Below are positions 63,728 through 64,000 of a DNA stretch of 64,000 nucleotides, piece after piece. Source of the DNA: Botryllus schlosseri (taxonomy: Eukaryota); assembly GCA_051294905.1 (NCBI GenBank), contig CM119383.1, forward strand, positions 8,494,001 to 8,558,000. Direction: 5' to 3'. The position numbers were made by a program, and so were the translations under genes. The notes beneath the pieces are model-generated. The model did no database searches. It was not told where the DNA came from and was given only the letters and a program-made list of their open reading frames with translations. Position 1 is the first letter of the stretch, and each line of letters opens with the position of its first letter.

Positions 63728-64000
63728 TTATTTGAAACCGGAAAAATCTGTGCTGAAGGAATTTGTGATCGTTTTACCGCTAGCGGCTGATTGCCATGGA
63801 TCATTTTCCGGTAGACTTCCACTGAATGACGACATTCCGAATGGATCATTAGTCTGTGTCTTGGACGATCCTTTTTTTAATACTGATGCAGAATTAGCCG
63901 TTTGCGCTAGATTAAACATTCCAAAGGGATCCTCTGACTGTGTTTTGGTTGAGCCATTATTTAATACCGATGTGGGAATTGACGGATGAGCTGGCTTTGG
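63728..64000 (-). CDS. Terminal coding exon (partial) of a protein with DPF/DPW motifs, probably an endocytic accessory protein
   Basis: Open frame from the window edge to TAA at 63730-63728: PKPAHPSIPTSVLNNGSTKTQSEDPFGMFNLAQTANSASVLKKGSSKTQTNDPFGMSSFSGSLPENDPWQSAASGKTITNSFSTDFSGFK*. Low complexity with two DPF and one DPW; AATAAA on the minus strand near 63395. The gene cannot be named from this fragment. Confidence 0.65.
   Translation of the reverse strand, partial: PKPAHPSIPTSVLNNGSTKTQSEDPFGMFNLAQTANSASVLKKGSSKTQTNDPFGMSSFSGSLPENDPWQSAASGKTITNSFSTDFSGFK

Overview
AT-rich eukaryotic (animal) genomic DNA with GT-AG introns; no prokaryotic features, CRISPR arrays or recognisable rRNA/tRNA genes. 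A single adducin gene and the repeat landscape suggest an invertebrate, possibly a marine deuterostome such as an ascidian (inference only). Genes left to right: (1) 5' part of a beta-TrCP/FBXW1/11 gene on the minus strand, running off the left edge; (2) a complete 18-coding-exon adducin gene (minus, 27324-10934, 753 aa by my exon assembly); (3) a roughly 15 kb intergenic pile of nested DNA transposons, including two ~600 bp fold-back elements stacked on one shared 7-bp target duplication, a full-length decayed PIF/Harbinger element inside a hAT MITE, and a hAT element carrying two more with perfect 8-bp TSDs; (4) two tandem paralogues of an MS4A/CD20-like four-transmembrane gene (plus), with a conserved ARE plus E-box upstream and independent lesions in a tyrosine-rich tail; (5) an intact 872-aa single-coding-exon gene derived from a Mutator/MULE-like transposase, with an apparently broken catalytic triad and a duplicated N-terminal module (candidate domesticated transposase); (6) the last exon of a DPF/DPW-motif endocytic-type protein (minus) at the right edge. 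All coordinates and alignments were read by eye; no database searches were run.
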